Under the pieces are notes generated by a model that worked only from the letters and a program-made list of their open reading frames with translations, made no database searches and was not told where the DNA came from. From Dickeya dadantii NCPPB 898 (lineage in GTDB: Bacteria > Pseudomonadota > Gammaproteobacteria > Enterobacterales > Enterobacteriaceae), in assembly GCF_000406145.1 (NCBI RefSeq), contig NZ_CM001976.1, forward strand, positions 2,981,337 through 3,013,336: DNA of 32,000 bases, written 5' to 3'. The position numbers and the translations under genes are program-made. Below are positions 27,468-32,000 of this stretch, one piece after another. Position 1 is the stretch's first letter, and each line of letters begins with the position of its first letter.

Positions 27468-28553
27468 TCAGTCGGCCGCCGGGATAAAGAACATGATGGT
27501 CTCTGCCCACCCTTCGGTATAGTGGCGCAGATAAATGCGATAATCATTCCGCAGGCTCAGGATATATTCAGGAATCTTCCAGAAGTCGCTCGGATAATGA
27601 TAAACCGCCACCGCCAGTTTCGGGTGATCATCCTGAATATGCTGTTTCATTCCGGTCAGTGCGGCGATTTCCGCCCCTTCCAGATCCAGCTTGATAAAGG
27701 TAACGGGCTCATTGACTACGCTATCCAGCGTCGCCACTTCAATTTTTACGTTCCCTTCCTCCGAAATATGGCTGGCGGAACCATCGCCCGAGGAAAAGCT
27801 CAGCGTCGTATTCCGGTCGAACAATCCAAGCGGGTGATAGGTAACGCCATGCAGATGCTGCATATTCTTTTTAGCCAACACCAGCGTATCGCTGCCCGGC
27901 TCGAAGAAATGGATGCCGCCATAACCAGGGCAACGTTTGGCGAATTCCAGGCTGGTAAAGCCATCAAACCCGCCGCCATCGACAAAAACCTCGCCATCGG
28001 AAAACGTAACGAACGGCTCGAAATACTGCCTGTCGACACAAAAATCGTATTTATCGATCGCGGTCAGGTTGGCTTCCAGGCGAAAACGCAAAATGTCGTC
28101 AAATACCTGGCGGGACTCATCATCGACCAGCAGCCCGCGGATCCACTCGAATTTTGCGGTGTTGGTCGCATACTCTTTACGCATCTCGGTAATGCATTCA
28201 AGCTGGGGCACCGTGCCGTGGCTCAAATCGGCAAACGCGAAATAGTCCATCACCTCGTTGACGCCTGCCGCCTTCAGTTTTTCCACGCCGGTTCTGGGGC
28301 GGGAATTGGTCACTGCAGATACCACCATGCAGTCCTTCTCGATTTGATTCAGGCGCAGCACCGGCTTGCCCAACCATGTCGTCAGGTCGGTGTATTCATC
28401 AATAAAACCGTCGACCGGCGCGACGTTGGCGACGGCCTCCGCGTACTGGTTAACGCCCAGTACGTAGTGTTTAACACCATCGGCACGGGTAAACCGCTCA
28501 AAAAAGTCAGCTGTTGCGCTGTTCGCTGCCGCAGGCTTACTGGCTGTATTCAT
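27468..28553 (-). CDS. FkbM-family SAM-dependent methyltransferase with an N-terminal extension of about 150 aa
   Basis: VFVDGGGFDGFTSLEFAK (SAM-binding glycine motif) and TFIKLDLEGAEIAAL are hallmark FkbM motifs. I start at ATG 28553 (MNTASKP...), 8 nt after GGAGA; the ORF-track start at 28610 adds 19 codons. The N-terminal part (HYVLGVNQYAEAV...GKPVLRLNQI..DCMVVSAV) looks like a small Rossmann-like domain. Confidence 0.8.
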   Translation of the reverse strand: MNTASKPAAANSATADFFERFTRADGVKHYVLGVNQYAEAVANVAPVDGFIDEYTDLTTWLGKPVLRLNQIEKDCMVVSAVTNSRPRTGVEKLKAAGVNEVMDYFAFADLSHGTVPQLECITEMRKEYATNTAKFEWIRGLLVDDESRQVFDDILRFRLEANLTAIDKYDFCVDRQYFEPFVTFSDGEVFVDGGGFDGFTSLEFAKRCPGYGGIHFFEPGSDTLVLAKKNMQHLHGVTYHPLGLFDRNTTLSFSSGDGSASHISEEGNVKIEVATLDSVVNEPVTFIKLDLEGAEIAALTGMKQHIQDDHPKLAVAVYHYPSDFWKIPEYILSLRNDYRIYLRHYTEGWAETIMFFIPAAD

Positions 28554-28744
28554 TCGTCTTCTCTCCAATACCTTCTGATATCGCAATGAGTCATCACCCT
28601 CATCATGCACCGCTCCGACAGGCTGTTGTCGGCAAACGCGGCTTTACCAGTAAAAGTTTAGTGACAGTAACACCGGGTGATCTCTAAACCGATACAGTAC
28701 AAAATCAGCAACACATTGATTTATATATTTATCAAATCACGGAT

Positions 28745-29878
28745 TTACTCCGTAATCCGAACCTTCTCTCCTCTATGCGCGCTGGCTGCGGCGGCCTGGA
28801 GATAACGAATACCGCGCATCGCAACATCGGCGCCAAACACATACTCGCACGCGCCTTCTTTCAGATAAGAAGCAATGTCCTCGTAGTAATTGGCGAACGC
28901 TTCAATAAATCCGGCGGGATGGCCGGCTTTAAAACGGTTGTATCGAGGCTGGGATGCGATCAGGTTATCCGGGTGCGTTCTGTCGATCACAGAAGAGACA
29001 CCGTTGATATTGCTGAGTTTCAAATGCTCAGGGTCCATCTGTAGCCACTCTGCCGATCCTTTGCTGCCATAAACCCGGATACGCAACCCATTGCGATAAC
29101 CCAGCGCCGCCTTGGTGTACCAGTAATTGCACACGACCTGATTGGTGTAACCGGAAATGCAGTGAACCGTATCCACCACATCCGGGATCTCGCCGAACCG
29201 ATGGTGCACCGCATATACATCCTGCGCCAGCTCACCAATGATGTAATCCACCATCTGGTGGGCATGCACGCCCAGATCCAGCGACACGGTGGGGATCACG
29301 CCGTCATGCTGGCGCCAGTCCTGCGGACGCGGCACCGCCCCGCTTTTCACATGGCGCAAAAAGCCTTCCTGAGGCATTTCAACCATAACCTGCCTGATCT
29401 GGCCCAGCTCACCATCGGCGATCCGCTGTTTCAGCTCCCTGACCATTGGGTAACCGGAATAATTGAAGGTGACCAGCAGAGTCCCGTTCATTTTTTCCAG
29501 TGCATGCTGAATCTCGGCCACTTCCTCCACGCTGGTCGCCAGCGATTTCTCACAAATCACCGGCAACTGATGCTCAATGCAGGCAATCACAATCTCTTTA
29601 TGCGTCGGCGTCGGCGTTAGAATGACGACCGCATCCAGTTTACTGGCTTCCGCGTGCAAAAAACCGGTCAAATCGCGGTACACGCGGTCTTCATGAATTC
29701 CCCAACTGGCGGCGGTTTGCTGATTGATGTCATCATGGCGGCTGAAAAATCCCGATACCAGTTCGAACTGGCCATCCATCTGCGAAGCAATCTTATGCGT
29801 TTCACCGATTGCCGAATTAATGCCTCCGCCGATGAACCCGATTTTTAATGCCCCACCGTTGTTTGTTATGCTTTTCAT
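28745..29878 (-). CDS. Gfo/Idh/MocA-family NAD(P)-dependent sugar oxidoreductase
   Basis: 377 aa. The N-terminal Rossmann motif is LKIGFIGGGINSAIGETH, followed by ...PVICEKSLATSVEEVAEI (EKP-like motif). The start ATG overlaps the ATP-grasp stop (ATGA at 29875-29878). Confidence 0.85.
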   Translation of the reverse strand: MKSITNNGGALKIGFIGGGINSAIGETHKIASQMDGQFELVSGFFSRHDDINQQTAASWGIHEDRVYRDLTGFLHAEASKLDAVVILTPTPTHKEIVIACIEHQLPVICEKSLATSVEEVAEIQHALEKMNGTLLVTFNYSGYPMVRELKQRIADGELGQIRQVMVEMPQEGFLRHVKSGAVPRPQDWRQHDGVIPTVSLDLGVHAHQMVDYIIGELAQDVYAVHHRFGEIPDVVDTVHCISGYTNQVVCNYWYTKAALGYRNGLRIRVYGSKGSAEWLQMDPEHLKLSNINGVSSVIDRTHPDNLIASQPRYNRFKAGHPAGFIEAFANYYEDIASYLKEGACEYVFGADVAMRGIRYLQAAAASAHRGEKVRITE

Positions 29879-31062
29879 TGCTCTTTCCCCAGAAAAGAGT
29901 GGCTCACCACCAGATGGTGTTTCAGGTTTCCGGTATTTTTTAACAGATGCGCTTTATCATTGAAGGTCATAAAGACGACGGCAGCCCGATCCCCTGGCGC
30001 CGGATTCAGCACTTCACCACTTTTTTTCAGCACGACACTTTCCAGTAACTCACCGGGCAACTGGTGATAACGCAGTGCGTTAAAGATCGTTTTTTCAGCC
30101 ACCGATACGGTATGTCTGGCTACATAATGGCGAGCCGCCGGCCGCTTACTGGCGAATGTCGACGGCAGCGACAGGAAAGGCGCGACAAAATATTCCGCAT
30201 AAGGGATATCGGTGGAATAACGGATCAGCTGGCAATATAAATCACCCGGACAGCGCCGGGTCAGTTCAATCAGCCAAAAATCATCGCCATTGGCGATAAA
30301 TTGCGTATGCAGCAAGCCATCACATAGCTTCAGGTCGGCGACAATACTGTTGATGCAGTCACTGACGGCATTTTTCAGCGTTTCACTCATTTGATGAGCC
30401 ACACAGCTGCTATTCACCTGATAAGGGTAGACCGTGCAATATTCATCAACAAAGAACTCACAAACAATCTCGCCGTTACGAATAAACGCCGAATGGCTGT
30501 GCAGCGAGCCCTGCTTGAATTCTTCTATCACCACCTGACCGCTTACCGATGCCGATGCGGCCGACTGGTAAGCCGGCAGAATATCCTGTTCGCGCTGAAC
30601 CTGAGTAATACCGCGGCCACTGTAGGCATCAACCGGCTTGACCAGAATCGGATACGACAGTTGCCCCACCGATCCAATATCACGTACCGCTTTAGGAATG
30701 GGCAGTCCCTTACGCTGTGCATAAGCACGAAACGCATCCTTTTTCAGCAGGATCGCCGTTGTTTCAACCGAATCGAAACCGGGCATACCCAGCGATTGCG
30801 CAACCCAGGCGCCGGTTTCGTAAGAGACATCCGTCACGCCCGGCAAAATAGCCTTAATATTTTCCTTTCTGACAATGCCGAGAATGGCCTCTTTGTCCGA
30901 ATAATCTTCGACAATCGACCGGGTTGCCCGGATATGACCAGGGTCACCGGGTTTGCCGCTGCACACACCAATCGCAACGCCCTGTTCCAGGCACGCTTCC
31001 AGCAGAGGCAGCGCAGAAAAACCCGCATCAAGCATTAAGGCATCTATAGTCGACATATCCAT
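29875..31062 (-). CDS. ATP-grasp family ligase (carbamoyl-phosphate-synthase-like fold)
   Basis: 395 aa. KKDAFRAYAQRKGLPIPKAV...LSYPILVKPVDAYSGRGITQV...VVIEEFKQG.LHSHSAFIRNGEI...DFWLIELTRRCPGD is the typical ATP-grasp motif order. It is translationally coupled to the downstream oxidoreductase. The start could be ATG 31062 or ATG 31056. Confidence 0.8.
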   Translation of the reverse strand: MDMSTIDALMLDAGFSALPLLEACLEQGVAIGVCSGKPGDPGHIRATRSIVEDYSDKEAILGIVRKENIKAILPGVTDVSYETGAWVAQSLGMPGFDSVETTAILLKKDAFRAYAQRKGLPIPKAVRDIGSVGQLSYPILVKPVDAYSGRGITQVQREQDILPAYQSAASASVSGQVVIEEFKQGSLHSHSAFIRNGEIVCEFFVDEYCTVYPYQVNSSCVAHQMSETLKNAVSDCINSIVADLKLCDGLLHTQFIANGDDFWLIELTRRCPGDLYCQLIRYSTDIPYAEYFVAPFLSLPSTFASKRPAARHYVARHTVSVAEKTIFNALRYHQLPGELLESVVLKKSGEVLNPAPGDRAAVVFMTFNDKAHLLKNTGNLKHHLVVSHSFLGKEQ

Positions 31063-31083
31063 TCTCTGTTACCAATATTTTCT

Positions 31084-31138
31084 CAGGCTTCCCGCTACAA
31101 CGGGGAGCGCGCACGCCCCTTAGGGCGAAGCAAGCCTG
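31084..31138. repeat. GC-rich composite palindrome (two hairpins inside an outer stem) in the 80-bp gap between the aminotransferase and ATP-grasp genes
   Basis: The outer pairs are CAGGCTT (31084-31090) / AAGCCTG (31132-31138), or alternatively GCTTC (31087-31091) / GAAGC (31127-31131). The inner pairs are CCCG (31091-31094) / CGGG (31101-31104) and CGCCC (31114-31118) / GGGCG (31123-31127). Confidence 0.65.
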
Positions 31139-31142
31139 TCAC

Positions 31143-32000
31143 TTAACGCCCGTTTTCACTCAACGTGCGCCCAATAATCTCGATGATGCGATCCTGATCG
31201 CCGCTTTCCAGACCTGGATAAATGGGCAGACACAGCACAGCGTTGGCGATGTCGGTCGCCACCGGTAAATTCTCGGCGCCCGCGCTGCCGAGACCACGGT
31301 ACATCGGAAAACTGCTGATCAGCGGGTAGAAATACCGGCGTGACATGATGCCGTGCTCTTTCAGAGCGTCATAAAGTTTCTCGCGCACATCGAACGAGTA
31401 ATCATTAACAAAAAGCGGGAAGTAGGCATAATTCCAGTCGATGGAATCCGGCACGCTCAGCGTCCTGATGCTATTAATCTGAGCCAACCCATCACGGTAG
31501 TAGCGATAAATACGTTTTCTGTCTTCCAGCGCCTGATCGATATAATTCAGTTGCAACAGGCCAAACGCCGCCTGCACTTCGTTCATTTTGCCGTTAATAC
31601 CGGGAGCGACCACAGTGGTTTCATCCGCAAAGCCGAAGTTTTTCAGATAATCGATCCGTTTCTTCATTTTTGCGTCGGGGCAAATAATGGCGCCGCCTTC
31701 AATGGTGTTGAACACCTTGGTCGCGTGGAAACTCAGAATTGAGAGATCGCCATAATTCAGAATGCTGTCGCCATCCTTTTTCACGCCAAAAGAGTGTGCG
31801 GCGTCATAAATCACCTTCAGGCCGTAAACATCCGCAATATTCTGGATTCGATCGACATCGCAAGGAATACCATAACAGTGGACAGGCAGAATAGCGGACG
31901 TGAGCGGCGTAATCGCTTCTTCAATCTTTTTAGGATCCAGATTACAGGTAACCGGATCGATATCGACAAAAACTGGCTTGAGGTTATTCCACAATAACGA
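31143..32000 (-). CDS. DegT/DnrJ/EryC1/StrS-family PLP-dependent sugar aminotransferase; N-terminus beyond the window
   Basis: The frame is open to base 32000, and the ORF-track 'M' at 31994 is an internal TTG. Motifs seen are KPVFVDIDP.T.N.D, LPVH.YG..CD...I..IA, and DLSILSFHATKVFNTIEGGAI (the SFHxxK PLP-lysine). The C-terminus is LCLPIYPGLESGDQDRIIEII. Confidence 0.88.
   Translation of the reverse strand, partial: SLLWNNLKPVFVDIDPVTCNLDPKKIEEAITPLTSAILPVHCYGIPCDVDRIQNIADVYGLKVIYDAAHSFGVKKDGDSILNYGDLSILSFHATKVFNTIEGGAIICPDAKMKKRIDYLKNFGFADETTVVAPGINGKMNEVQAAFGLLQLNYIDQALEDRKRIYRYYRDGLAQINSIRTLSVPDSIDWNYAYFPLFVNDYSFDVREKLYDALKEHGIMSRRYFYPLISSFPMYRGLGSAGAENLPVATDIANAVLCLPIYPGLESGDQDRIIEIIGRTLSENGR

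Noticed and set aside
27522-28589. 355-aa + strand ORF nearly as long as the gene it overlaps
   Set aside because: It is antisense to the FkbM methyltransferase, whose frame carries the family motifs (VDGGGFDG, KLDLEGAE). The + frame has no recognisable motif or RBS. It is notable only as an unusually long stop-free antisense frame.
1-32000. Search for CRISPR arrays, IS elements/transposases, integrases, prophage or defence-system genes
   Set aside because: None were found. There are no regularly spaced repeats, no terminal inverted repeats flanking transposase-like ORFs, and every long ORF is accounted for by housekeeping, chemotaxis, flagellar or sugar-modification functions.

Overview
This is a chromosomal segment of an enterobacterial genome. 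Gene order and protein sequences, compared with E. coli orthologues from memory, suggest a soft-rot Pectobacteriaceae (Dickeya-like) chromosome; that assignment is an inference. Left to right: lpxL (5'-truncated) and mdtG (+); opgH-opgG (-); a DUF2946-like plus PepSY-TM pair (+); an MCP (-); about 2.3 kb of AT-rich, gene-poor DNA holding only an Arc/RHH-type ORF and a 61-codon membrane ORF; matP (-), ycbZ and fabA (+); betA-betB-betI (-, no betT); an RpiB/LacAB-family isomerase (+); tRNA-Ser(GGA); a second MCP (+); phoH (-); a 530 bp ORF-free spacer rich in nested inverted repeats; fliZ-fliA (-); and a five-gene sugar-modification/glycosyltransferase operon (-) that runs off the right edge. 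I saw no CRISPR array, IS element, integrase, prophage or rRNA. The best candidates for follow-up are: (1) the fliA-linked operon (DegT aminotransferase, ATP-grasp ligase, Gfo/Idh/MocA oxidoreductase, FkbM methyltransferase, two-domain GT-A transferase), which looks like a flagellin-glycosylation island of unresolved chemistry; (2) the fliZ-phoH spacer, which carries a three-way-junction-like fold, a Pho-box-like promoter and a terminator-like hairpin; (3) the His/Met-rich DUF2946-like/PepSY pair; (4) the gene-poor region upstream of matP, including an Arc-like ORF fully overlapped by an antisense ORF with a perfect Shine-Dalgarno. All homology statements rest on recognising sequences by eye; no searches were run.
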